Made by a program: the position numbers and the translations under genes
Assembly: GCF_006345805.1 (NCBI RefSeq)
Contig: NC_043017.1
Location: 9,052,001 to 9,116,000, forward strand
Direction of reading: 5' to 3'
DNA: 64,000 bases
Source of the DNA: Octopus sinensis
Taxonomy: Eukaryota
In this document: piece after piece, positions 50,816 to 63,407 of the stretch
How the letters are laid out: each line of letters starts with the position of its first letter
How positions within the stretch are numbered: the stretch's first letter is position 1
The notes under the pieces: model-generated
What the model was told of the DNA's origin: nothing
Seen by the model: only the letters and a program-made list of their open reading frames with translations
Databases searched by the model: none

Positions 50816-50861
50816 CAAAATGTGCCAGACATTTTCGTTAGCACCTTCAAAAGAGCAGAAT
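50816..50861 (-). CDS. GORASP2: GRASP exon, FCSFEGANENVWHIL
   Basis: ctccag| ... |gtgagt; 46 nt; in frame with its neighbours. Confidence 0.96.
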
Positions 50862-51015
50862 CTGGAGGAGAGAAAGAGAGAAAACATCATTTTTATATAT
50901 CATCATCATCATTTAACGTCCGCTTTCCATGCTAGCATGGGTTGGACGGTTCAACCGGGGTCTGGGGAGCCCGAAGGCTGCACCAGGCCAGTCAGATCTT
51001 TATATAAAATACTGC

Positions 51016-51446
51016 TGTATTTTGGGATAATCATTTGTTTTTTGTTTTTCTTTGCCAAATAAACACGCACACTATATATTTTGTTCTACACTTGTTTATT
51101 TCTGTTCTTATTCTAACTCATGTCCACTGTCTGGAAATCTTTCACCACACATCTGTGACCTCTTCAGTGACACTTTCCATCATCGTGTCTGCTCTTGCGC
51201 CACTTAGTCTATTCAGAATGTAAAGTGATGGGACAAGAACAGAATGGAGCAAGTGGAGCAAGAACACACATGAAAACGAAAAGTGTCGCTGAAGAGGTCA
51301 CAGATATGCGATGAAAGATTTCTAGACAATGGACATGAGTTAAAACAATAAAATAAAAACAGCAATAAATGAGAGAAGGTAAAATATATATTGCTTGAGT
51401 TTATTTGGCAAAAAAAGAGAAAAGAAAATGACCATTCCAAAATACA
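51016..51446. mobile_element. Older fold-back element with hammerhead-like motifs at 51128-51172 (-) and 51284-51328 (+)
   Basis: Diverged inverted arms; both keep TGTC-n-CTGAAGA-G-GTCACA..TGYGRT-GAAA-GATTTCYA-GACA. Confidence 0.65.
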
Positions 51447-51689
51447 ATAATATCTGTTTCAACACATGACTTCACATCAGGAATCTTGCTAAACAAACTT
51501 CGTAAATAAATATACGTATTTCTCAATTTTCTGGATGAAGACCATTATGTGTCTATAAAGGCAATAAAAATACAGTTTGCAGTTGGTGGGGCATCTGTAC
51601 ATGGAATTATTCTCGAAGATCTGAACATGCTCAAAACTTGTTCCTGGGATCTTGATAACCAACTCCAAGACAGAGATGGACATCAAAAC

Positions 51690-51979
51690 TGTCCCTCTCT
51701 CTCTCTCTACAGTTCAGACTTCTGGTTGTTTCCCAAGTTGAAAGAGAACCTCAGGGGCAGTCGTTTTGACAATGAAGGACGTTGTGAGATGGGTCCTGGA
51801 CACCATCACTCTGGAGGGCTTCCATGGGGCCTTCACAAAGTGGCTGGTGTGATACAAAAGGTGCATTTGAAGTCAGAGGACCATCCTACTTTGAAGGAGA
51901 TTAGAGTTTTGTGTTTATTTGAGTTTAATAAATGTCTCTCCTGAGGAAGTCTGAAGAACGTCTGGAATGCACCATGTAT
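51690..51979 (+). mobile_element. Degenerate mariner transposase 3' remnant
   Basis: YSSDFWLFPKLKENLRGSRF resembles mariner YSPDLAPSDF.LF..LK..L.G.RF with an internal deletion; ends at a TA. Confidence 0.7.
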
Positions 51980-52520
51980 TTCCCTTCCTTCATTTAAGCA
52001 TTAAATGACGGAACACAACATTTGTTCAAACTTGTCCTTCTTGTGTTGTCTTTTTTCCTTTTTGTTTATCAAATTTCCACTGCATAACAACTACAGCCAT
52101 TAGGAAACAGTCATAAGCAGACGAGGGAGACAAACAGACAGATGGATGGATAGACATAGACAGATATATACATATGGAGATAGATACAGATAAAGGGTGA
52201 ACTATAATTAATTTAATAATATCAACAAATTTCACCTAGTAGTATTTCGGTATGGAAAAGGACCGTATTCGGTAAAAATTTATATAATTATAATAATAAG
52301 GGTTTTTTGCAACAAGTTGCTTAAACCACATACCGAAAATATTAGAAATAGCAGCCAAAGGACAACTATTTATAGTATCTATTATAATTATGGAGATAGA
52401 TACATAGATAGATAGATGGATAAATAGATAGACATAGATAGATATAGACAGAGAGAGAGAGAGAGAGAGACAAAAGAGCAAAAGAGAGAAAGAGACATGC
52501 AGTGAAAGAAAAATACTCAC

Positions 52521-52678
52521 CGAATACTGACCCCCAGCAATCCTTGTCCCCCCCATTTATGGCTCGGAGTGATCGTCACCTCACGTACTGACTGACTCTT
52601 GCTGCTGTAAACGGTCATCTTCACAGACTTGTCCACATTGCACTTCAACAATTCCTTCAGTGTGTCATTGTCTTGGTT
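52521..52678 (-). CDS. GORASP2: GRASP exon, [12 protein letters not shown]...[19 protein letters not shown]
   Basis: ttccag| ... |gtgagt; 158 nt; [12 protein letters not shown] motif. Confidence 0.96.
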
Positions 52679-53639
52679 CTGGAAAACAGAGAAAAGATGA
52701 CAAACAGTTATCTTACAGTTTCTCTTGTCACATATATGGAGGCACGGGTCAGATATCAATGCAACAAGAAGTTCATACATACATACTTATAGATACATAC
52801 AGTAAAAAGCATCATCCGAACGTGATTGATACCAGGCCTGCTTGATTGGCCCCTGTGCTGGTGGCACGTTAAAAGCACCCACTACACTTTCAGAGTGGTT
52901 GGCGTTAGGAAGGGCATCCAGCTGTAGAAACCATGCCAGATCAGATTGGAGCCTGGTACAGCCTTCTGGCTTTCCAGACCTCAGTCAAACCGTCCAACCC
53001 ATGCCAGCATGGAAAACGGACATTAAATGATGATGATGATGATGATAACACACACACACACACAAAATATTTCATAGACACATTTCGGTATGTCTAATCC
53101 TTTAGTTACCATGTCTGTTGAAACCCACTGCTTTTGTTTCAATTAATTTTGAAAATGATTAAGAATTTGGTTGACTTTGTCATCATTAAGCTGATGTTTG
53201 GAACAAATTAATGGGAAATTCTGATGGAAGGATTTTGAGATCACTTCAAAACATGGTATTGGTGTCTTGGCAGTCTCAGTCAGTTTGGCGTCAAAAGGGT
53301 TAATAGATACACACACATACACATATGTGCACTACACACAAACACTGCTGTGTGTGTGTGTACGTTTACATACACACACACACATATATATATATATCAT
53401 CATCATCAATTAACATTTGTTGTACCGTTGTCCATGCTGGCATGGGTTGGACAGTTTGAATGGGGCTGGCAAGCTGGAAGGCTGCACCAGACCACAGTCT
53501 GATTTGGCATGGTTTCTATGGCTGGATGCCCTTCCTGATGCCAACCACTCCGAGAGCGTAATGGGTGCTTTTACATGCCAACCACTCCGTGATTTTACTT
53601 GGCTTTGATGGGTCTTCTTCTTAAGATATACATATAGTT

Positions 53640-53790
53640 GAAATTTACAGAAAACAAAAGGCAAAGACAGGTGAGGGCACAACAAGCAGGTGTATTAGTT
53701 TGACATTCAGGAAGAATGGAAAAGTCTTTGATGTTTCGAGCCTATGCTCTATAACACAAAGGGTTGAGAGGGGTAAAAAAGGGAGAAAAA
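53640..53790 (-). mobile_element. Penelope-like fragment with decayed hammerhead at 53726-53761
   Basis: Minus strand CTTT-gtgttat-A-GAGC-atag-GCTC-GAAA-CA-TC-AAAG. Same architecture as the 12.8/17.3 kb family, but CUGANGA is destroyed. Confidence 0.5.
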
Positions 53791-53828
53791 TTTTTTTTAA
53801 ATGTTTATAGGTTAACAGTTCAACATAA

Positions 53829-53864
<36 letters not shown>

Positions 53865-53913
53865 AGATGTACTTGCATAGTAAGTGATTTGATCTGAGAT
53901 CGTGTGCTGGAAT

Positions 53914-54061
53914 GAAATGCAGCATGAAGTTTTGTCAGTGAACAGGTCGCAGTCTCAAAGCGACAAAAATATTTTGACATTTTAAATTTAAATGTTGAAG
54001 TGAATCTAATGGTTTTTATGTGTTTCTTAAATGGGTTATAAACACCTTCCATGCTGCAATT
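53914..54061 (+). mobile_element. Repeat with short terminal inverted repeats (tgcagcatgaag / cttccatgctgca) and a decayed hammerhead at 53933-53979
   Basis: TGTCA-gtgaaca-G-GTCGC-agtctcaaa-GCGAC-aaaa-ATAT-TT-TGACA: helices intact, core mutated. Confidence 0.45.
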
Positions 54062-54062
54062 G

Positions 54063-54126
<64 letters not shown>

Positions 54127-54556
54127 AACACATACATATATACAGAAAGAGAGAGATAAATGCATGTATGTATATATATATATATATTAAACAACATTAA
54201 ACAGGATATCTAGTTTTCTTTTGTAATTTGAAATAGAAATATAACAATGCATTGTGAGATAAGAATATCGGAAGCACATATGTCTTTCTTACAGGTGCAA
54301 ATGGACCAACAGTCCTAACCTGTCTCTTTCTATAACGATACTAAAAATAAAGGTGTGTGCACAATCATATTTAACCTGTTAAAGTATGAGAATGTCACTT
54401 GCTGCAGAAATATAGTTTTGGGAGAAAATTCTCCTCATAGATAAAATCTCTGAAAGCACATCATTGGATTGTAGGAGGCATGCATTTCTGCATTGTTACA
54501 CTTCATCAGATACGAATGCTGCATTTATCTTCAACTGCTTGCACCAAACAATATCT

Positions 54557-54783
54557 GTTTCTTTATTGCCCACAAGGGGCTAAACATAGAGGGGACAAAC
54601 AAGGACAGACAAACGGATTAAGTCGATTACATCGACCCCAGTGCGTAACTGGTACTTAATTTATCGACCCCGAAAGGATGAAAGGCAAAGTCGACCTCGG
54701 CGGAATCTGAACTCAGAACGCAATGACAGACTCAATACCGCTAAGCATTTCGCCCGGTGTGCTAACGATTCTGCCAGCTCGCT
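54557..54783 (-). mobile_element. SINE family B copy
   Basis: Reverse complement of 25191-25416; CpGs retained. Confidence 0.85.
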
Positions 54784-56707
54784 TTACAACAACCATACTT
54801 CAATATACGTGATTTACAAATATATTACAATAAATATTGTTTTCAAAATACACTGCAAAACTGTTTTATAAAGATTAGAAAAAAAACTTAGTATTACCAT
54901 ATAAATACCTTAAAAATGTATATATATATATATATATATTATATGTGTATAAAAATTTAAGCAAGCTCCTGGACCTTAGCGTTTGATTCCCGTCACCAAG
55001 ACAACAGCTGAATATAAAGGGAGGTGGCAAACTTAGATTGACAAGTTGTGTTTGGTTTTTTAAATAATATATTTCAGAGGGCAGCAGGAGGGGGGAAAGG
55101 AGTAGTATGAGTGGATGTGAGGGTGGGAGAGGATGAATCACTGAACGGTTGAAAAGTTTAGTTTGCAACCATGATGTCTTTGGTTCAATCCCATTACTCA
55201 GCATATTGTGGGACGAAGGTCTGTACTACTGTAGTCTTGAGCTGAGCCAAGGAATGATAGGAGTGAAACTGGGCTGATGGAAACTGTATGGAAGCCTGTT
55301 AGACAGACCAGACCTCCTGGTCATCATCATTTTTAATGCTCACTTTTCTATGTTTGCATGTGCCAGATAGGTAAGATATAGTTACCTTCTTGGGCCCTAC
55401 TGACTCTTAAGGGCTGGTTTTCCTGGTCTCCATGGCGTAAAGCCCACCTGCATGGGACACTGGTCTGTCGCAGGACGACTCATTTTTGCCAGCTGAGTGG
55501 ACTGGAGCAGTGTGAAGTGAAGTGTTTTGCTCAAGAACACAATGTGTTACTCAGTTCAGGAATCGAAACCACAATTTTACAATCATGAATCCAACATCCC
55601 TAACCACCAAGCCATGCACCTCTACCCAAATGGGCCAAATGCAGTTTATTGAAGCAGATTTTCTATGGCCAGATGCTCTTCTTGTCACCAACCCTCACTG
55701 GTTTGTAGGCTAAGTTAATATTTACCTGTAGCCAGACATGTTTTCATGGCAGACTGAAAACAACACTGCTTGTATGACAGTGACTCTTGCTTACAACTAT
55801 CACATGATGCCAAGATAAGGAGACACAAACACAGACCCATGCAAGGTAGGCTTCTTTTAGTTTCTGTCTATCAAAACCTATACTTAAGACTTTGGTCAGC
55901 CAACAGCTATATTAGAAGCCACTGGCTACAAGTGCCTTGCAGTGGGACTGAACCAAAAACCATGTGTTTGGGAAGCAAACTTCTTAACCAGAAAGCCATG
56001 CCTGCATTTATACAAACAGTACCATGGTGAGTTTGCCACAAGATCAGGGGAAAGAGGAAGGAAATATCTGAGGAATACTCAGCCACTTACATACGATAAT
56101 ACGATGAGTAAGAGCCATTGATCAAGCAACTGAAATACTCAGCTAAAACTGCAGAGAGTTCCATTAATGAGGAAACAAATTCCAAATGGAGTTCCTGATT
56201 TGGGACTTGGTTTACCATCAACCTCATTCTTGATGAAAATTGTCTTGAAAATAATCTCAAATCTTCGTAGTTAATCTACATTTCTCAATCAGTGGCTGAT
56301 AGTTTTACAGACTGGCCGAACTTTCTGGAACTATAATCAGGACACTATTTCTCTTAAATGCCAGACCAAATTGATGGCCGTGTAGTTTAAAGGGCAACAC
56401 CACAGACAGACCCTCTTCCCCTTTCTGGGGTTTCTGCAGGCAAAGTACATAATTAGATTAACCTCACTGGAAGGAGGTTCGCAGCAATCTAACCACTCAG
56501 TCAAGTGGTTGGTCACAGGAAGGTGTTCATTCATCCAGATTTTGCGTTATGGGTAATGTATTATGCGCCCTTGAATCAAGGTACATAACTCTGTTATGTG
56601 ACTGCCCCATTGACAATGAGCTTCAAATTTACAGGCCACTCCCCCACCCACCAAAAAGAAACTAAACACAACTCATACATAACAAAGGAAGAGAAAAGGA
56701 AGGAAAA

Positions 56708-56773
<66 letters not shown>

Positions 56774-56832
56774 TTAAAGAAGGTGGTTGTTTGAGGCTGG
56801 AACAATGCAAGAAGGTACAAAGTAAACTACAC

Positions 56833-57025
56833 AAAGAAAACAAAACAAAAAGTGGCAGGTTTACCATGTATTTCTATATTTTGGGGGTGCAGACCCCTTC
56901 TTCAGGACATTTGGAAAAAATTGACTTTTTTGAACAACCATTTTTACCAAATGTCCTGAAGAAGGGGTCTGCACCCCAAAATATAGAAATACAAGATGAA
57001 ACTGCATCTTTGTTCTGTTTTCTTT
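56833..57025. mobile_element. Short fold-back element with hammerhead-like motifs at ~56872-56909 (-) and 56952-56988 (+)
   Basis: Arms read TGTC-CTGAAGA-A-GGGGT-ctgc-ACCCC-AAAA-TATA-GAAA; GAAA is replaced by AAAA in both arms. Confidence 0.65.
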
Positions 57026-57058
57026 AAAGTTATTCCACACAATGCTTCAATAAAACTA

Positions 57059-57094
<36 letters not shown>

Positions 57095-60000
57095 GTCTAG
57101 CACCTTCAGAATATACTTTTTGATTCTAGGCCTTGCATCATTTCATATATTATAACATATGGACATTTTCATTCTAAACTTAAATTGCCCCGCTCACTCA
57201 ATCAATGAAAACATGGCTCTTTTGTCTTAGAATGGACTAAATAATTGATAAGAATTTAACTTTTTCAGACATTTCATGAACAAATTCACACATATTGGAA
57301 GCATTTAATTTCTAACTTATGGCTTTTGAAATGTTAACATTTTACTCTTTTTGATGAGTCATCTCTTTGTTTTGTTTACTCTTTACTTGTTTCAGTCATT
57401 TGACTGTGGCCATGCTGGAGCACCGCCTTTAGTCGAGCAAATCGACCCCGGGACTTATTCTTTGTAAGCCCAGTACTTATTCTATCGGTCTCTTTTGCCG
57501 AACTGCTAAGTTACGGGGATGTAAACACACCAGCATCAGTTGTCAAGCAATGCTAGGGGGACAAACACAGACACACAAACACATACATACATATACATAT
57601 ATATATATATATACATATATACGACAGGCTTCTTTCAGTTTACGTCGGCCCGGGGCTATAGCAGAAGACACTTGCCCAAGATGCCACGCAGTGGGACTGA
57701 ACCCGGAACCATGTGGTTGGTTAGCAAGCTACTTACCACACAGCCACTCCTGCGCCTTTGTCAAATAATTTTTATAATAACAATGCTAGAAGAAAAGTAT
57801 ATTTACAACTTCCAGACAATATTTGTTACATCTGTATATCTGTTGCATTCTACAAGCAAAACCAATGCTCACTATTTTATTATAAAATACTTTGTTTTGT
57901 TTTTCACTAACATCTAAAAATCAGGAACAAGAAACTCAGAGTGATGATGTGCAAGAATCTGGCTTTCAATAAATTCTTTACATTATACACACACACACAC
58001 CAAGAATAGCAACATCATTTAATATCTGTCTTCCATGCTGGCATGTGTGGGATGGTTTGACAAGAGCTGGTAGACCAGAGGACTGCATCAAGTTCTATTG
58101 TCTGCTTTGGCATGGTTTCTATGGCTAGATGCCTTCCTTCAGAATATATGTACACTTCTTTGGTGATAGTTGTTTTGCTATATATTTCTACACTTTTCCA
58201 TCACACATTTTACTAGCTATATATGCCTGTCTCCTCCATATAACTTTCCTTGTTTTGCTTTTCTATTTTTATCTTCTTTATATATGTTTATATGTATGTG
58301 TTTCTATATTTATATATTTGCTTACACATAGATGTATACATGCATATATAGATACAAATATAAACACACACACACACAGTGCAATCCTTTTACGAAGTAT
58401 TAAAAAAAGTTGAAGATAAAAATGAAAACAGGTCAAGAGACATGCAAGGAGAATAAATAGAAAGAAACCCTTGGGCCAAACTGATTGATCTGCCTTGAAC
58501 AGGAGAATCGTGAAGCAAAAAGGGAGGCCGGCGGGTAGAAAATAGAAAGTACATACAAGAACCTTTTCACCATGTTGGCTAGCTCCTGGACTCTGTGGTG
58601 GACAAATTATCAAGAGAGATAGATAGAGGCAGAAAACAATATAATTGATATTTATTAATGACTGAGGAGACCATTCCACAGATATTTTCAATGATGATGA
58701 TAAGGATGAGGATGATGATGTGCTTGTTTGTGTGTGTTTGTGTGTGTTTGTGTTGATATTGTGCTTGTTAATTGTAGATAAGGATCTGGATCATACAAAG
58801 CGGTGACTTTTGTTTGCAGTCTTCAGTGAAAGCATGCCTGCACTAGGGACACATATTACCTCCCTTGAAAACAGGTGAGAGTTGGTGACAGGAAGAGCAT
58901 CCAGCTGTTGAAAATTCTACCTCAACAAATCTCATCTGACCCATGCAATCAAGGAGATGCTGAATTAATGATATACGTATATACTTCAGGTTGTCCCAGT
59001 CCACTCAGCTGTAAATGAGTAAACAGGCGACAGACTTGCACCCCATTGAGAAGGAATGGTATGACCTCAGTCACTTATACACCATGCAAGCATGGAGAAG
59101 TTGACATTTGAATAACAATGATGATGATTATGATGATAAGACCATTTCTAATATTGATTTCAAATTTTGATGCAAGGCCAGCAATTTCCATAGAGGGCTT
59201 AGTCAATTACATTGACCCCTAGAGCTCAACCAGGACTCATTTGATTGCCCCCACCCACCCACAAAAAAAAAAGAAAATCAATGTTGCCTGTGGCAAAATT
59301 TGAACCCACAATGTCAAGATGAACAAAATGCCACTAAGCATTCTACCTGGTGTGCTATTGATTCTGTCCGCTTGCCTTGTTACATTTCTAACACTGGCAA
59401 CAAATCAACTCTTCATAATTAGTAAATTGATGTCATTAAAATCGTTACACCTAACGATAGTATTTATTTGTGGTTTGGAGAGCCAGTGTCTCGCTTCTGA
59501 TTAGATGAAGTCATTAAGATAATGACTGGGGTCATTTTAATTAATTAATCATAAACCTATGACTTCTCTCGTTACGTTACGTTAATTTGTTAATTGCTTT
59601 CTATTGTTGAAGTCCTTTCATAACAACTGACCCCTTCAACCCGTTTTGCTGTAGATGTTATTTCCCCCCACCGACGTACGGTGTACCTAGGACTACATTA
59701 TTTAAAGTATCCTTCCTTTCTTTTTCATCTTCTTTTAACTGATGCATCTACATCACCAACACCTTTCTTTTCAAACTGAGGTAACCCTGCATCTCCCCTA
59801 CACTATGACACCTGTTCCGGTCCCTCCTCCCTATCATATCTTAACCTCATATCACCTCATATCACCTCCCTCAATATTTCTCTCTTTACTCCACCCTCAG
59901 TTGAGGAGGAGGGTTTGTCTCACAAGTTACTTGGTGGCATCACTAGCGCCGATTGCCATGTAAAAAGCACCCCCTACACTCTCTGAAGTGGTTGGCATTA

Positions 60001-60739
60001 GGAAAGGCATCCAGCTGTTCAAACCATGCCAAAAAGACATCAGTGCAGTCCTCTGGCTTAAATGGAAAACAGACATTAAATGAGGACCGTTTTATTGTAT
60101 AGTAGGGTATGATTTTGAGGGAGATTGAGAGACAATGTAGAGAGGCCTTCCTTGTTGACTTGAATTTTAAAAAAACTTGTTGAATGAGCAAGTGAACATG
60201 GATCAAAGAAGGAACCCCAGTCATTACTCAGCCTGCTAAAAATAGCAGCCAAATCCCTTTCAGATCACACCTTACTGCCTTACACAAAGATGTAAGAGAA
60301 AATGTAATCCTTATTGTACAAAACAACAAGACCGTCACAGCTGCAGTTTCTTTGATTAATTCCACTTGAGGGCTAACCTAGGGTTAAGGAATAATCATCT
60401 TTTGAATAACATTGGATCCTAAAGTCCATATTCAGCTCCATTTAGCAGAGAGGACCCTTCTCTCTGCCCCAAATACATTTAAGTTGATGATGTAAAAACA
60501 AAAAGTATAATTAAATAAATAATAATTTCTACTCTTAACGATGAGAATCTAATAAAAATTCCTATCATAAAGGCACCGACATGGCTGTGTGGTTAAAAAG
60601 TCCACCTTGTAACCATGTGGCTTTGGGTTCAGTCCTACTGTGTGACACCTTTGGAAAGTGTTATCAGTTATAGCTCCAGACCAACCAATGCTTTGTGAGT
60701 GAACTTGGTCTATGGAAACTGTGCAGAAGCCTGCTGTAT

Positions 60740-61130
60740 GGATGGATGGAAGCACTCCGTCGGTCTCGACGACGAGGGTTCCGGTTGATCCGATCAACGG
60801 AACAGCCTGCTCATGAAATTAACATGTAAGTGGCTGAGCACTCCACAAACACGTGTACCCTTAACGTAGTTCTCGGGGATATTCAGCGTGACACAGAGAG
60901 TAACAAGGCCGGCCCTTTGAAATACAGGTACAACAGAAACAGGAAGTAAGAGTGAGAGAAAGTTGTGGTGAAAGAGTACAGCAGGGATCACCGCCATCCC
61001 CTGCCGGAGTCTTGTGGAGCTTTAGGTGTTTTCGCTCAATAAACACTCACAACGCCCGGTCTGGGAATCGAAACCGCGATCCTACGACCGCGAGTCCGCT
61101 GCCCAAACCACTACGCCATTGCGCCTCCAC
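60740..61130 (-). mobile_element. tRNA-derived SINE family C, nested in a family A SINE
   Basis: Minus-strand A box tggcgtagtgg, B box ggtttcgattcc, (CCAT)n tail; TSD agcctgYtgtat at 60728-60739 and 61131-61142. Confidence 0.8.
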
Positions 61131-61200
61131 AGCCTGTTGTATATGAGGAGGCTAACAGGCTGGAACTTCAAAAAACAGTCCATCTTCTTGTAAAAGTTTA

Positions 61201-61422
61201 TTAACCCTTCAGCATTCAGATTACTCTGTCAAATTTGATGCTTATTTTTTCCCATTGCTTGGAATTAATCATGCATTACCTCACAGCTTTGAGAGATCGA
61301 TGACGTGGTTGCTTATTTTCAGAATGGCATTGTAAGGTTGATGTGAGGGGCTGGATCTGGCCAGTTAAAAAAGGTAGAATATTTGGGCCTGATATGGCTG
61401 ATTTTGAATTCTAAAGGGTTAA
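61201..61422. mobile_element. TTAA-flanked MITE, second family (also ~42459-42645 and fragments near 34140, 35145, 26815)
   Basis: ttaa|cccttcagcattca...tgaattctaaaggg|ttaa. Confidence 0.65.
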
Positions 61423-62178
61423 ATATGTACTCTGCTAAGAAGTATTGAATAATTCTTCGGTTTCATGTCAAATTACTTTTATCATAACTTGACATAAATG
61501 CAAACTTCAATATAAATGTGTGTGTGTGTGTGTTTGTTTGTTTCCCACCGTTGCTTGTCAAATGGTTTTGGTTTCTTTGTGCTTCCCATAATTTCGAATT
61601 TTGGCAAAAGAGTCTGAGAGAATAAGTATCAGATTTGATAAAATGACAAAAGAAAAAAAGGGGGCGGGGCAGGGATCTGGGGTCAGTTTGTTTGATTAAA
61701 CCATTCAAGGCAATATCTGAGAAGATCTGCAGTCCGATGACTGAAACAAGTAAAAGAACAAAAAATATGTTTTGGAAAGTGCAAGATAGTCTTGAGTGTT
61801 ATTTTTAATGTTTTGTTCTGTTTGTAGAAATAACAGGGTTGGCATAACTCAGTGGGGCAGAGGCCATTATAACAGGCTTAGGATTTAGGCTGGTCAGGAG
61901 TTCTACGAGTCAACAGGTTGGAGCTTGGCTCTGTTTCCATGATGTATAAGTAACTAAATCCCAACATCCTACACCACCTGGAAGGGATGCTGGTCTGTCG
62001 CAGAGTTAACTTCCCCACCTATTGTTGGAATTCATTTACAGCTGAGTAGACTGGGGTAATGTGAAATGAAGTGTCTTGTTCAAGAAAACAACATGCCACC
62101 CAGAACAGGATTTGAAACCATGACCTTATGCTTGCGAGGACAACACTTTAACCATCAGGCAATGTGCCCTCACTATAA

Positions 62179-62585
62179 TACTCTTTACTCTCTCTTTTAT
62201 TTGTTTCAGTCATTTGACTGTGGCCATGCTGGAGCACCGCCTTTAGTCGAGCAAATCGACCCCAGGACTTATTCTTTGTAAGCCTAGTACTTATTCTATC
62301 GGTCTCTTTTGCTGAACCGCTAAGTTACGGGGACGTAAACACACCAGCATCAGTTGTCAAGCGATGTTGGGGGGGACAAACACAGACACACAAACATATA
62401 CATACATATATATATATACACAACAGGCTTCTTTCAGTTTCCGTCTACTAAATCCACTCACAAGGCTTTGGTCGGCCCGAGGCTATAGTAGAAGACACTT
62501 GCCCAAGGTGCCACACAGTGGGACTGAACCCGGAACCATGTGGTTCGTAAGCAAGCTACTTACCACACAGCCACCCCTACGCCTA
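62179..62585 (-). mobile_element. SINE family A, full-length copy
   Basis: High identity to 16285-16680 and 57377-57756. Confidence 0.88.
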
Positions 62586-63326
62586 CTAATAGTGGTAGTT
62601 TAAAAAAAATAGTCAGTGAAGAGGAATGTGAATGACCCAAGGGTTGGAAAAGGATTGTGTGTATGTGGTTATCATAAGAAATAAATGAAAGGACTTGTGC
62701 AAGGGCTAAGGAAAAATGAGCTACGACAAATGAAAGTGACCAATGGCATGCGTTTGAATAAAATAGACAAATATTGGTATGTTAAATACCATACAATAAA
62801 AATTTCTGATAAATTGAAAATTACTTGTGTCTCTAGAGGATGGAGGTAGTAATTACCAAAAGGCAATTAAAACCAAATCCACTTGAGAAAGGGGAGATAA
62901 TCTCGAGAGTTAAGAATTCTCCAGAACAGATATGCCATTGAGGAAGAGGACAGGCTGAGTGTCAGGAGATAAGAAGGACAGGTGTGGACAGGTGTTTCTG
63001 GATCAGTAGCCATCATCAGTTCTCCAGACTTGTACAAGGCATGAATAGGAAAATGTAATCACTTAGGTAATTTGCATAATTTAAAGAAAAAAAGAGGTAA
63101 GAGAAAGCATTCAAAGTGGAGAGAGAGAGAGAAGAGAGAAGAGAGAGAGAGAGAGAGAGAAGAGAGAGAGAGAAAGAAGAGAGAGACAGAGGCTGGCTCT
63201 GTTGTATAGACAGAGAGATGCAGCTAGTTGAGATGTTTGGCTCGTACATTATTGGAAATAATAAGCAAACATAGATAAGAGAGAGAGAGAGAGAGAGAGA
63301 AAAAAGGACGAGTAGAGGCGACTTAC

Positions 63327-63407
63327 CAGTCTTGTGTTGTCAATGGCGACAATGAAATCAAAGAATGCTTCTAGTCCAGCTTTATGGCCAGGAGAACCGT
63401 CTTGAAC
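63327..63407 (-). CDS. GORASP2: GRASP55/65 homologue, probable exon 2 (PDZ1), [27 protein letters not shown]
   Basis: Minus-strand ctccag| ... |gtaagt; 81 nt, phase 0/0; matches the GRASP domain. Exon 1 (myristoylated N-terminus) is not seen and is presumably beyond 64000. Confidence 0.95.

Noticed and set aside
52236-52340. Short inverted repeat (tatttcggtatg / cataccgaaaata) with a faint hammerhead-like layout
   Set aside because: The core reads CCGAATA and the helices are too short; not supportable by eye.
54470-54515. Minus-strand CTGATGA...GAAATGCAT motif
   Set aside because: Helix I does not pair, stem II is weak and position 17 is G; too decayed to call.
61050-61130. tRNA-like A/B boxes here and at many SINE heads
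   Set aside because: There is no complete cloverleaf, and each continues into a SINE body and tail.
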